In this document: positions 1-15,810 of the stretch, piece after piece
Numbering within the stretch: position 1 is the stretch's first letter
Layout: each line of letters begins with the position of its first letter
From: Catajapyx aquilonaris
Taxonomy: Eukaryota
DNA: 64,000 nt
Direction of reading: 5' to 3'
Assembly: GCA_000934665.2 (NCBI GenBank)
Contig: KZ538092.1
Coordinates: 62,001-126,000 of the forward strand
Notes under the pieces: model-generated
What the model was told of the DNA's origin: nothing
Database searches by the model: none
Seen by the model: only the letters and a program-made list of their open reading frames with translations
Program-made: the position numbers and the translations under genes

Positions 1-174
1 ACAATGTTGCACGATTATCTTATAACATTGTAACCGTAGTTTGGTTGCGTAATCTCTATTCAAAAATCCGGATCAAAGTAGTTGATGTGCACATAAATAA
101 TCTGCGGCTTGCGTAATATCCAGTAATAGCCTATTACTAAGTACGTCTAAAATATTATCCCATTTTCATTACAG

Positions 175-207
175 GCTGACGACGAAGATGAGTCCCTCAG
201 GCGTTAA
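175..207 (+). CDS. Possible terminal coding exon of a gene lying upstream of the window (ADDEDESLRR*)
   Basis: Pyrimidine-rich tract + ACAG acceptor at 171-174, short open frame to TAA, then AT-rich UTR-like sequence. Phase not confirmed. Confidence 0.3.
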   Translation, partial: ADDEDESLRR

Positions 208-1279
208 AACAATCACTGACCTATCGTAACAAAAAGCTTATTTTTTTTGCCCGGAGCTTGGCCATACGGAAAACAAACCAAAAAAATCCCACCGGGATTT
301 ATCTGTATTGACATTCCAGTAATTATTTTGTATATGATCAAACAAACTTTTTTTCCCCCCTGCTCTCTTTTCATAAAAATAAGCACGTTTCTGTACAGCT
401 GCAATACTGCATTACAGCATATAACGTATTATATCCATTCAGTTCAAGGGTCGTTGTGTACAGTGCAATATTACTGTAAAAAAAACCATCATGTAACTAT
501 GAAGACTGTAATAAAATGTTGCAGTAAATCGGACTTGGTGACACTTTCTTATCGTCAAACAGTACAATTTACATGTTATATCCCGAACCTTTGTAATAAC
601 CTGTATACAGGGTGGTTCACTGACTAAGTCACTTGTTCATTAACAGGTGACTTGAACAGTGATGTACACTCGAGGATTGGTTAATAATTCCGATCGAATG
701 ACGAACATGGTTTATCAGCATCGAAGGCCGTCTCGTATTAACACGAATTATACTGTACATCATATCAAACAGCACATAAACCTCGTGGCAACGGTCACGT
801 ACTTTCCCAGGGTACGTCATCCCAATAGTGGATCAGTATTCAATATATACTGGTGTCTAGTTATACAAATCATATAACACAGTTTCAAAGTGCATCGCCA
901 GCAGTCGAGGACACACGGACAGGTTGAAGGACTCTCAAGGCCACTTAAAAAAAAACACACACACATCCTGCCGCACTAATTCCGACTTCTAATTTGTCCT
1001 AACGATCAATTAAACTTGGCTTTAACGAGTTTGAAAAAAAAAATATCTGGAAGTTTTGCTAACTGAGAAGACGAACATTGCAGGTATCAACAAAAACAAG
1101 TACATTCAGCGGCTATAATTATGAAAAGGTCATCGTGATCCGGACTTGTGACGAGGGATCAGATCCGGATAATCCTTGGAAAGTTCCGTGGGGGGTTTTT
1201 TTGGCAGGGAGAAAAAGATGACCTCCCGTCTCCCCCCCTGACCCACTGACCCTTCCAGTCGAGTCCTCTCGACCCCGTG

Positions 1280-1316
1280 TATATAAACCCCATCCAAAGC
1301 TGTGTGTATCTCACTT
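1280..1316 (+). promoter_or_regulatory. TATA box + initiator core promoter
   Basis: TATATAAA at 1280-1287 and Inr-like TCACTT at 1311-1316 (about 30 nt spacing), followed by a consensus donor AG|GTGAGT at 1482. Confidence 0.55.
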
Positions 1317-3369
1317 CAACTCGAGCAACTGAGCCACAACGTGTCCCACAAACGCACTGTTGCTTTAATTTCCAAAATACTTTTTATGTATCTCATGACT
1401 GTTTCTAGCAGACATACCTGTGTCCATGACGAGTGAACTTTATTGGGTCCGCGAGATCTCCAGGCCACTTCATAATATTAGGTGAGTACTCTCTTCGTTA
1501 TTATTTTTCATAAGTCAATCATTGCACGATTTGGTCACGACATATGCTCATGATCATTAAGCCGCTTACAATGTTTCACAACTATCAGGAAAGTAGCTTG
1601 TGGGACTGTGAACTTTGCGATTTTGTCGAAGTAAACAGCATCAGCAGGATGGCTTAATGGATTACCGAATTTCATATCAACAATGATTAAAATTGGGATC
1701 TGACGCTTGCCAAAAAATATTGATCGTGCTAGTTGCATGCGATGAAAAAAAATTGTGGAGTAATCATAAAAAATAGAGAGGCTTGACATATTTTGGTTAG
1801 TATACAGTTTCGTCATGACATATTTATATTGTATGGCCCATTGTTTCGTTAATTACCTTCTCGTTGTGAACCACCACCAATAACACTGTTTCGTTATCCG
1901 CATATAATTTCTAAATGACTTAAAAAGTGCGTACTGAGTCTTTGACAGATCTTCGCCACTACAACTATGATATTTCAGAAGTAGTAAATAATGCATTTGT
2001 TGAATTAGCTTAGACAAATGTAAATGTAAATTATTCATTAATCTACATGTTTAGTTTTAACCTCATGTCTCAGAGTCTAGCTTCAGTAATCAATATGCTG
2101 AATTTAATATTGTCTCTTCTCTATATAGTCACTCTTCCGAAGAAGACAATTTTCCTTAAGAAATGCCAAATCCTTGCGATAATAGCATGCAAATCAGTTC
2201 CGGTTTGTTGAAAAATTGGAACGACGCCTTTTGTGATTGAAATTATTAGTGTTGTGCAATTTTTTGTTGTTGACACACACATGCGCGTAGTTGGCTGATG
2301 AAACTTCGCAGACTCTTACAACTACTAGGATAGACTGGCTTATATCTAATCGGTCAGGCAGTTTTTGAAGCAACGTCAAGTTCCATTTTGCAATAATTAT
2401 GAATGCTGCTGTTGCTAGTATATAGAGTAGGCGGGAATGAGAAATAAACTTGCCTGACGTGCGGATAGCATTTTGACCTAGTCTGGCCTTCTCCTTAAAG
2501 TTTATCTTGCTCCTAGAATACTCTGTACCCAGTCCCCATCTCCTTAACCCCTCACTGTGAACCTTTTGTAGACAAATAAAAAAAAGAAGTACTTCAAACA
2601 TTCAATGTTTTAAGCAATTTTTCTGCGATTGTATACACATATGCTAAATGATTTCGACTTTCATTTTTACAGATTAGGCAAGAACCTGCTGAGTAAAAAA
2701 GGAAGCCGACAGGGCAACACCGGAAACCGTCTTGAACTTTTGGTTCTCACTCAGTTGCATCACGTACCATAAGGTATAACTTTATATCACCTAAACTTTT
2801 GAGTTATAGGTCATCAGCAATAAAAAAAATAATTTTTTTGATAGAAAAAAGATGATGCCGACCTTGGTAAAATTGCATCAGTCACCCTTAGTCACCTCCC
2901 CTTTTTAAAGTCAGAGAAATCAATCCTTGGCCTCTGATGACCTCTAGGCCAATCTGTCCCTCATAATGTTACTGATCAGCTCATTATGAGCCAGTATTTG
3001 GCAAAAATTAATAACTTGACAAGACGCCTATTTCGTTATCGATGATTTTCATCTGTATACTCACAATTTTGTGCTGTATTTTCAACTTTTGTGTACATTT
3101 TGTTTTGCAGCTGTAGGTTGAAAACAAATTGGCTTTGGATTAAAGAGTCGCGACTAAGCTTGACTGACCAGCCACGAGAGAGGAAAAAAAAACCGTGACA
3201 GAAGAAGAAAAAAAAGACTGAGCCAAATTAGAGCAACCTTATAACACCTCGTCTTCTGTGAAGATCAACCTTGCATTTAAAGCGGAAAGCAGCAGCCAGT
3301 AGCCGTCCTCGTCTTTTCCCCAGCACTTTGCAACCCAGCAGCAGTCTGGAAATACTTCCTTCAGCAACA

Positions 3370-3714
3370 ATGGTCCACGGAGACAACAATCGGCGCCTCA
3401 GCTTCAGCGGCAACAAAGGAAGCGTTTGGAACAGGTATGAGATTTGGTTGAATTAATTATTTCTCTCATTGTGTTTATTGTATGGTGCTGACCTTTTCCC
3501 CCATTTTTTCACTTGTATTTCTAGCAACCTAAAGGGCTACGAACCCGTACCTGTAACCAAGTGGGAGCCATCAAAGAAGTCGTGGGATGGCCCCCAACAA
3601 GCCAGCAGCAGCCCTGGAAAGGCTCAAGATAAAACATCGGCTAAGGAGAAATACGGATCTTGGGGTCCCGTCTTCAAAAACAAGCAGAACTTCGTGAACA
3701 TGCACATCTGCTAA
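3370..3714 (+). CDS. Small uncharacterised 84-aa protein (MVHGDNNRRLSFSG...YGSWGPVFKNKQNFVNMHIC)
   Basis: Exons 3370-3434 and 3525-3714 joined in frame across a 90-nt GT-AG intron (AG|GTATGA ... pyrimidine tract, CTAG). Upstream exons probably ~1311-1481, 2673-2773 and from ~3111. Family not recognised. Confidence 0.6.
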
Positions 3715-5452
3715 ACTATACGAAGAAAAAGAAAACGTAAACGGGACCAAAAAAAAAAACCTGCGTAGAGACCACCCGTAGCTTGATATATCACCTGAAG
3801 ACGCTGCATAATATCATGTTAGTCTTGGCTAGTAGCCCACCAGTGGCCTGTAGTGTTGTATGTATTATTATTGTACATGAGGAGGAATCGGCTTAGGCTT
3901 TATGGACTCTTTAAACATTCAAATTGTCGTCATCCAATCAATACTAAAGGGTCTGGCAGACTCTTTGGCATATTCAAAAAAATAATTACACAATTTAAAA
4001 CAAATTACCCCTGCTTTATATTGGCTCGAGAAAATAGACAAAGCATGTCCTATTTTGATAGCATCCTAGAGCAGAGAAAATCCGAATTCCAGTCCAAGCC
4101 ATGGCTGATTCATACTCGCATTTCACTCGTATTATATCACTATAATTATGCACCAATTGCCTTTCCTGTAGTAAACAGGTGAATTAATGGTGTAATGTAA
4201 TCTTGCTGGAATGAAGTGCTGGGGAATGAAAAAAAAGACAAAATGAACTGTGTGCATCTCATCGTATAATTGTAGTACCGGTATACCGGTATCACCGTAT
4301 AAGTAATTAATAAATTAATAATAAACTTATAATATGTATTTATTGTGGACTAGAAAAAAATACAAAGACGTTGTTAAAATCCTAATACTCTATGATGTGA
4401 AACAAATGAGAATGGAATAATACAATAAACTAATGTGACTATGGTATGCACTCAGTTCGAACCTGAGTACCTTTTATTTCTTTGTACCATATGGCCCCAT
4501 AAAATTGATGAAATTAAATTACGTGGGTCGCTGAAAGAAGGGCGTATCCCAAACTATTTTTAAGACACTTATTATAAAAGTCCTCCACCTTTACAAGGTA
4601 AATAAATACAATTTTTTTTGCGCGTACAATTGAAGCCCTTGTCCAAGGTAAATGCAACGGGAACGTCCTATTTCAGCTTTTTCTGCCAAATAAGCTTAAC
4701 CGTAATGTACCGTATAATAGTATGCCGCAGTACAGTCACTGTCAAAAGTAGTACTGACAAACATGTGAGTCATTCAAACTCTGAGGCTGGCCCCGTTAAT
4801 CCTTTTTTTTCGCATATAAAAAGCCACACCTTTTAAAATCAACTTACAAGCAGTTATAATGAAGCTCAAGGTCTCCCGACAACAAAACGTAAGTTAATAC
4901 CGCAAAAAGAGGATTCCGTAAATACACTGTGAAAATCGAGGTATATAGTCTGTAACTACTTGAGCGTGAACACTGCAAACAAGGAAGTGAAATAAAAATA
5001 TTGCAACGTAATGTTTTTTCTGCAACACTTTTGCTGATACAAAAAAAAAGTTATCAAAAGGGCAGGATGTTTGTGGTAAATCTGCCAAGTTAGAAAACCA
5101 TCGCTTTTGGCATTGGCAATACACTAACCTAAGCAGAATATGCAAATTACAAGTAAGCTGTATATCTGGAGGAGCAACTCATCGCATCCTGTATACAAAT
5201 TACATTGTATCACTTAATTTTGTTGATAACATCGAGGGAATTAAGGGCAAATAGGAATATATCCAGGCTCTCTTTGAGCATATAGTGACGAGCTACATAT
5301 GTTTCCACAGCTTCCAATGATTTGTCTGTAAGACCGTGGAGAATTTCTCAGGGTACCTCATCGATGCCGTTCCATTGTCCAAAACGACCTTAGTTGCCTC
5401 GGCTTCTCCTGGAAGACGAAACAGCATAACTGTTCTTTCCCCCCCAATAACC

Positions 5453-5453
5453 A

Positions 5454-5498
<45 letters not shown>
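5453..5498. repeat. (CAT)n microsatellite
   Basis: About 15 consecutive CAT/TCA units; produces the poly-D/poly-S spurious ORFs. Confidence 0.95.
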
Positions 5499-5499
<1 letters not shown>

Positions 5500-5830
5500 T
5501 AATTGTATACATATTTTTTTGCATGTGTACAAAAGTGTTCGATTGTCAAAGCTGCTGTTCTTTATAACTGCTTTCTTATGTCGCTGCTATTGTAACTACT
5601 GTGTTGCTAATGGCCTGCAGCAGCTTTGTACGTTTATGACTAAAAATATTTTAATATACATGACTACTTTAATAAACAGTAAATATATGGTTATTGTTAA
5701 TTGAAGGCGTCATCTTTTATTGAGATGAGTAGTGCACTGCTGTAACACCAGGTGGCAGCACAGGACGTTGCGCATTTTTTTTTTTCTGTCTCCATTTTTT
5801 TTCTTCCGGTTCCATATTTTATGAGTGAAA

Positions 5831-8669
5831 ATGGCGACTCAGTCGATTCCAGTTTCGGAGGTGATACGTCGTAAGGACGAGTTCCAGGATGAGCCAAAGA
5901 AGAAGACCAGGGAGGACTGGAGGAAGGCCAAAGAGCTCGAGGAGGCCAGGAAGGTAAAAATGCTAAAACAAAAATTCATAACGGAACATATAATTATTGA
6001 AAAGAAAGAAAAAATGTGTAGCCTATTTGCATTATAAAGAGATTAATTCACCAAATTACACCAACAGGCCGGAACAGCCCCAGCGGCTGTGGATGAGGAA
6101 GGGAGGGACATCAACCCGCACATTCCGCAGTACATCTCAACAGCCCCGTGGTACTTCGGCTCCGAGGGGCCTACTTTGAAGCATCAGAGGCCGCAGCCGG
6201 AGAAGCAGCAGGAATTCTCACGCCTTGATGAGTGGTACAAACGAGGAGTCGACTCGGTATGGACACAACCTGTAATACATTACGTGGCTATTATTACCAT
6301 TGTTTGCGTTTTCCAGAGCAAGTTGACTATCAAGTATCGGCCTGGAGCCTGCGAAAATTGTGGCGCAGTCACTCACAAGAAGAAGGACTGCATGGAACGC
6401 CCGAGGAAAGTGGGAGCCAAGTTCACAGGGGCGGACATCGCTCCTGATGAGTTTGTCCAGCCAATGCTGTCCATGGATTACGACGGAAAGAGGGATCGCT
6501 GGAATGGGTACGATCCAGTAGAGCACAGGGCCATTGTTGACCAATATAACCAGATAGAGGAGGCCAAGAGGCAGCTCAAAGCCAACAGGCTGAAGAAAGG
6601 TGGGGAAGGAGATAATGGCGAAGATGAGGTGAGTTACTTTCAACTGCAGTATTATTTATTTTGCCATCTTATGCGGATATGCGCTTAATTTTGCAATGCT
6701 GTATCGCTGCAATCGCTCACATGTAAACACGGCGTCATAGCTGTTTTATAAAGGAAGGGATTGCCCGTGTATAATTTTGCACAGCATAAGCATATCAAAA
6801 TGAAAGGAAAAAATAACGTGTAACCTACATCGGAAAGGAGAGTGAGCATCACCTCATAATATTATATGGGGTGGGCCACTCTCAGCTGTTTCTCACGAGA
6901 CGGCTGGCCCCCTTTCCCAGAGTAAACTGTGAAGGGTCTCTGGGTCTGAGTGTTTCTAAGTGCGCTTAGCCCTCGTTCCCTAATCGCACATTTTTAGGTA
7001 TGATACAATGCGGATGACTGAAAAACAGTCATTCCATTTTTAATTCAGGAAATGGCTGTGGCTTGACCACTACTGATTTATGTGTGGTTTCTTTCTAATC
7101 GATCACATGAGAGTCATGTCTTATTAACTGAGCCCTTGTTGCAGGAAGGAGGTGAGGAAGGCGAAGAGGAAGATGAAGACAAGTATGTGGAAGAGGCTGA
7201 CATGCCGGGAACCAAGGTGGACAGCAAGCAGCGTATCACTGTGCGTAATCTCCGCATCAGAGAGGACACTGCCAAGTATCTCCGCAACTTGGACCCCAAT
7301 TCGGCATACTATGATCCTAAAACTCGATCGATGAGAGACAATCCTTACAAAGACCTCCCCGGTGGTGGTAGAGGAGGAGATGGAACCGGAGGAGGGGAAG
7401 AAGAGGTGGCCTATGCGGGAGAGAACTTTGTGCGATTCACTGGCGACACCGTGTCGCACTCAAAGGCACAGATATTTGCATGGGAGGCGTACGATAAAGG
7501 TGTGGATGTCAATTTGCAAGCTGAGCCCACCAAATTGGAGATGCTGCGGAAGGAATTTGAGAAGAAGAAGGACGACTTCAAAGGTAGCCTCCAGCAGAGT
7601 GTGTTGGAAAAGTACGGTGGGGCTGAACATCTCGATGCTCCACCCAAGCAGTTGCTTCTTGCTCAGACGGAAGATTACGTCGAGTATTCTCGTCATGGAA
7701 AAGTCGTTAAGGTAAGATAATACCTTGCACATGCGGACATAAACTGACTGTTAGTACAGTTTGAGTAAGAGTGTTTATGGGAATTTTTCAGGGCCAAGAG
7801 AAGCAAATAGTGAGCTCCCGTTACGAGGAAGACATTATGATCAACAACCACGCTTGCGTGTGGGGCTCCTACTGGAGAGCAGGGAGGTGGGGCTTTAAAT
7901 GTTGCCATTCCTTTGTCAAGAACTCCTACTGTACAGGAGAAGCAGGAAAGTCAGTGGCTGCCGTTCCACTGTTGCCTATTATGCCAGGACCTTCTACGTC
8001 CATCCAAGGTGAACAGGAACAGGCTGAAGAGGGAGAAGTGGAAGAGGAGGAAGAAGAAGAGGAGCCAAAAACTTTGGTTGAGGTGTGTTGTGGTTCTTAA
8101 TTCTTCTAGTATCTAGTGTCATAACCTGTTTTAACACTTTCGTTGACGTACATTAGATACATCGAGAGAAACAGGAGAAGGAAGCAACTGAGAAGAACCT
8201 GAAAAACCGCAAGAAGAAGGAGAAGCGACGCAGGCTGCGGGGAAAGAAGAAGGTTGCTCATGAGTCGGATTCTAGCAGCAGTAGCAGCGACTCAGAAGAT
8301 GAAGACGTCAAGAAAAGGAAGAAGCTCAAGGAGGTGAGCTTTCATTCGTATGCATACTGGTACATGCAAAGACAAGGCTTTTGCAGTTATTTATTTGCAT
8401 ATTTTCATACAACACAGTCTAGTGCCACGTACTTGTGGCCATTTGTACATGAGCAAATTAGCTCAATAGTTTAAATGCCACTTTCTTATTTGCAGGCCCT
8501 ACTTCGGGAAGAGTTCTTACAGGCTCAGGCAGAGAAGGACCTGGCAATTGATGACAGGAAGCGGGCGTACAATAGCCGTTACGAGGTGAAGGCACCTACG
8601 GAAGAGGAGATGGAGGCCTATTACATGAAGAGGGCCAGAGCGGAGGACCCCATGGCAGACTTTCTGTGA
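5831..8669 (+). CDS. SLU7: Pre-mRNA splicing factor SLU7 (~610 aa)
   Basis: Exons 5831-5953, 6068-6256, 6317-6628, 7145-7711, 7792-8082, 8157-8333, 8496-8669, all GT-AG, 1833 nt in frame. Motifs [10 protein letters not shown], zinc knuckle [40 protein letters not shown]. Confidence 0.97.
6990..7040 (+). mobile_element. Possible 3' end of a Helitron/Helentron-derived (HINE-like) insertion in SLU7 intron 3
   Basis: Stem-loop GGATGACTG-AAAAA-CAGTCATTCC followed by a T-run; this intron (516 nt) is much longer than its neighbours. Confidence 0.35.
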
Positions 8670-9094
8670 TTAGGAGGCGTTTCCAGAAGCTAGGTTACGA
8701 CATTGCAAGTCGCAAATGACGGATTAAGATTCACCTGCGTGGAAGGAGACACTATGAAGTAACTTGCAATCAAAGCTGGGGAGAAGGTCTGGTGTAAATA
8801 TTGTAAATGTGTACATATTCTATGAGCCATAAATGTAGTGTGTGTAGAAATTTTTTGGTACCCACCGAATTAAACTGGATGTCATTATTTGCGATACTCC
8901 TTTCGTGATAATGCATTTTCCTTCTCTGGACCAAGTTACTGACAATGGATTCCAGTGTCGAAGAACTGATGTTCAGAATTAAGCCAAAGATATTAAGACA
9001 TGATAATAATTTATTTAACGCAAAGACAATGTACGACAAGAATCTTACAAATAAGCAGACAGGAATATGATTTTGTATGATGTACAAGGTGCTT

Positions 9095-11615
<2,521 letters not shown>

Positions 11616-11979
11616 TTTTGCCAAAATAGTCGCGAAAAAACGTCAGGAAAACGAAATTCGCAAAATGTACACTGCAGAGCGCGTCCGAATATCCCTACCA
11701 GTGTTGCCAACAGCAGCTTCATTTCAATTGGGCATAAAATTACAGTTGTATTTAGCTGTATATCCGCAGCGTTTTTTGATATTGTATGATTAAATGTACA
11801 TGCTAATTTTATTAATATGATTATTCTAATTAGAAATAGTATTGGCAACATGTGTTATTCTGACAAAATTTTCGGACGACCCCGAGTCACTTTTCAAGAT
11901 GGCGGACGACATTACGCTGATTGCAACATGAAATCGAAATACTTTTAAATTGCGACTTACGGATGAGGCATAACTCGAC

Positions 11980-12684
11980 ATGACAGTGCGTAATAGCCTG
12001 CTGCTCCTTCCGTGCTTCTTGTGCGGAGCTATTGCGGCCATAAATTCAAAGGTGTCCGGCGTAGGGGACGGGAGTTGTCCGGACAACAACTCGTGTCAGA
12101 AGCAGTACGAGCCTCATTCTCCTCTCGTGAAATGCGCGTACTTGTGAGTAATTATGGTTTTTGCAAGTGTCATTATGTAGCCGTGTAAACAATTGTTGAT
12201 TTCAGACCATTGGATTTTCTGGACTGCGAAGAACCTGTGGATCATAAGGGTAATAAGACAGCCAAGGAGGAGCTGGGATATGGCTGTGTTAAGGTACTTT
12301 TCTTCACTGGTTGTACTGTACAAGGTACTTATTAATTTTATTTGACCCATTCAGTTTGGCGGGCAGCGATATGAAGATGTAGAGAAAACAGCTGTCCGCT
12401 GCACGGTCTTGCCGCATATCGAGTGCTATGGAGACAGGAGCTTTCCCAGAGAAGGGTTTCCGTGTATGAAGTACACGGGGCATTACTTTGCAACCACTTT
12501 GTTATACAGCATTTTGTTGGGATTTCTTGGAATGGACAGATTCTGTCTCGGACAGACTGGGACGGCAGTTGGGAAGCTTCTGACATTGGGAGGTGTGGGG
12601 ATCTGGTGGGTTGTGGACATTGTGCTTCTGTGCACTGGTGGACTTATGCCCGAAGATGGAAGCAATTGGATGCCCTACGTGTGA
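11980..12684 (+). CDS. TM2D2: TM2 domain-containing protein 2-like (~193 aa)
   Basis: Exons 11980-12143, 12206-12293, 12355-12684 (582 nt). Signal-peptide-like N-terminus; TM2 domain [38 protein letters not shown]; ends PEDGSNW. Confidence 0.92.
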
Positions 12685-13226
12685 GTGCGACGTTACCAAT
12701 TAAAGCACATGGAATTGCAGATATGCATTTTTATTCTGCTGACATCAACCCAGCCTACACATAGGGAAATAAATTCTCTGTTGGAAGCATCACATTTTTA
12801 CTGGTCCACATCGTTGCCTCAAAACCTGGCATTAAATCAATAACAAACTTAATTTTAAAAAGGGCCTTTGAGAATACAATGATAATAGTTGTGTTCCCAA
12901 AGGCCAAAAATTGTGCGATGTCACATGATATTGAAACAAGGGTTACAATAATTGATAAATCTGCAGTACTTTAAAAATTTTAAAAAACCAGTCGAGCCTT
13001 CACAGCAAGCAATTATGTTTGTGTGCTCAAATATATGATCACATAGGAACCAAAGTTATAAGCAGAGAAGTTGGGCAACTGGAATGCTAGTCTTTATCAC
13101 ATTGAACATCTGAGTATTTTCAGTCCTTTGCAAAATGCAGAGAACTGCTGAGACATGCTCATAAGAGAGATTTTTTTTTCCAAAGTCGTCATCTTTTTAA
13201 TCCAACCGAGTTCACAGACGGGACAG

Positions 13227-15031
13227 TCAGTCCAGAACCAGTTCAGTCTTGCTGTCCTTAGTCACAAGCTGAACCAGACTTCCGCTTGGTGGCCGGTCTT
13301 CACCTTTGGTCCACTTCATCATCAACCTGGAAACAAGACAACAATTTTTAGTTTAGTACAAATATTTGAGTTTCAACAGAGAGCATTTGTATATCAAGTG
13401 ATTATACTTACTCGGCTACAAATTCAAGTGATGTCCAGGTTGTGTGGTCAGCTTTTGGCATCCACTTGCGATTCATTGGGGTGTCGAGTGTAACTGGAAG
13501 GACAGCCACGGCCAATGCCTTTTCAGGAAGTCCACTGCCTTTACCTGCCAGAGACTTGACCAGCTGGTGAACAGCAGCCTTGGCCATTCCGTAACCAATC
13601 ATTCCTGAGGAATATCAATGACATGTTACTTGACAGCATGCAACTTGACCAGACGTACGCTTAATTAAAGCAACAGTACCTGGAGTTCCATCCAGTGCAG
13701 CTTTGGCTCCAGGGAGGGAAACAAGTCCTCCTTCCTTCAAGTGCTTGGCAGCCACTTTTGCTGCGATAGTTGATGACCACACACTCTGCTTCCACATCAG
13801 ATCTGTCGCTTTGATTAGGTCTGGAAATATGTTAATTTGTGTGTTGTACCGATTTAGGCTTTCTATTAAAAGATATAAATTTGCCTACATGCAATAGTGT
13901 GCTTCTTGCCAACTTTGTACATGTCAATGGATGAGCTTACTCAAGCTGTTTATCAAGTTTCGATTATCAAATGGCGCTACAATTATACGCAATTAATTAC
14001 AGCACATCATGCCTGTGTTTGAATAGACAGCAATGCATGACCAGTTTGTGTTCATTTGGACTCGACCGACTCTAATATTGTACGCACCATCAGCAGCAGC
14101 ATTTCCTCCAGCCCATCCTCCAGCCACGCATATCACAGCATCCACTTTCTCTCCTTTCAGTGCTTCTTCAATGCTAGAACACACCGATGCTGACTGAAAG
14201 AATTCAATTCAAAGTTTGTAAGATTCCAGACACTAACACTGAAGGGAAGGATTGCATAGCACTTTAGCGTGTGAGCATGTGGTACACATTTCTTAGAAAA
14301 TATGCTATCACAGTATGATATAGTCTGCAGGATTTTGCTTTGGTCCACCAATATTTTCAGTACAAATAGTGCTTGATAGTGCGCTAAAAGGACTATCATT
14401 GAAAATGAGCATGTCCAAATTGCCTCTCTTTGGGGGGGGTCACATCTATCACTTTTATTGCCACCCTTCTGTTATCTGCAAAGATGAACTTTGGCCTGAA
14501 TCCAATTTCCCCCACAGAAAACTGTGCCAATGAGTTGGTACGGCCACTGTAGGTTAGGAACACATCATAGCCCCAAAAATACTCCTCATGAAATTGCTGT
14601 CACATGAACTTATATGTACTTCATACTGTCACGGATCTTAGCATATTACGCACCAGAGATATTAACGGTCGCTTTAATATCTATGTTGGAACTGCTTGGT
14701 ACTATTCATCTTTTACCATTTCTTATCAAGCGAATAAACTGTACGCTTGTGCTACATGTACCTGATCACCCCATGCGTCTTCTGGCTTCACGACAATATT
14801 GGCATCGGCTTGCTCATTCGGAGAGAGGTCGATATTGCCCACCCACTGAAATAAAAAAGAAATGTAGTTTACCTCTACGTATGACTTAGCTACATGCAAT
14901 GATTAATTGCAGCAATAAATTCAATCAATTTACTAGTTACATACCCATTTGTTGGCCTTGAAGTGCGAGATACAGGCGCTTCCCAGAGCTCCTTTCCCTC
15001 CGTACACCAAGACACGTCCAACCATCGCCAT
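13227..15031 (-). CDS. QDPR: Dihydropteridine reductase (~236 aa)
   Basis: Exons 15031-14945, 14845-14762, 14193-14088, 13820-13680, 13604-13412, 13326-13227 (711 nt). Motifs [59 protein letters not shown]. Confidence 0.96.
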
Positions 15032-15478
15032 CTTGACCCCGCTAAGAAGAGAAAAAAAACGTCTTATCTGTAATAAGCCAAATAATAAAAAAAGGAGCGC
15101 AATTACCGCAATTGACACTAATATTACGCAGCTGCTATCCCCGCAAAAAAAGCAGCTACAAACCCTGTCGCAATCTGCCGGCTCATACGACTTGCAAGTA
15201 TTCAATTACAGTATTTATAAGCAACCACTAATGCAAAATTACATATTAAAATTATGAATATTATGCTAAAAAATCAGCACCGATGTCCACGTGACGTCAC
15301 TAATGTTCTAAGCAGCTACAAACAGCTTTATCCAGTCCGGTTCGTTCCTTTCATCAGCATTGTTCCGCTTCTGAACCGAACCGTGACGTCACATTGAGGG
15401 GGGAAGGAATAACTGGCGAATAAAATTGAAGGGGGGAGGGAGAGGGAGGAGGGAGAGGGAGGGGGGAATGAGAACGGG

Positions 15479-15479
15479 C

Positions 15480-15506
<27 letters not shown>
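15479..15506. repeat. (GA)n tract in the KCMF1 5' region
   Basis: Perfect GA dinucleotide run; TGACGTCA/CACGTG motifs nearby at ~15288-15299 and ~15383-15391 in the QDPR/KCMF1 divergent promoter. Confidence 0.9.
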
Positions 15507-15510
<4 letters not shown>

Positions 15511-15810
15511 AAGGGCAAAACGAGGAGAGGCCACCGGACCCCAGGAGCAGAGTTCCACACATACTTTTTAATTATTTTTTTTAATAACTGAAAAAATAGG
15601 GCGCAAAATCTTGCTGGGATATTACCCGCCCGATGAGGTGAAACTGCTGACTACTAGAGAGAGAGAGAAGCCCCCCCTTGTTCGGGAAGCGAGAGAGGAA
15701 GAGAGAAGGGGGAAGGTAGTAGGGGGTCTGGAGGGGTGTGCAGGCGGACTAGTGTTCGGTCCGGGTTGCAAACCCTAGGCCTGGAGGCTTTTTGATTCCG
15801 CCGTTTCGCA

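Noticed and set aside
5293..5704. Poly-Asp / poly-Ser ORFs
   Set aside because: Translation of the (CAT)n microsatellite.
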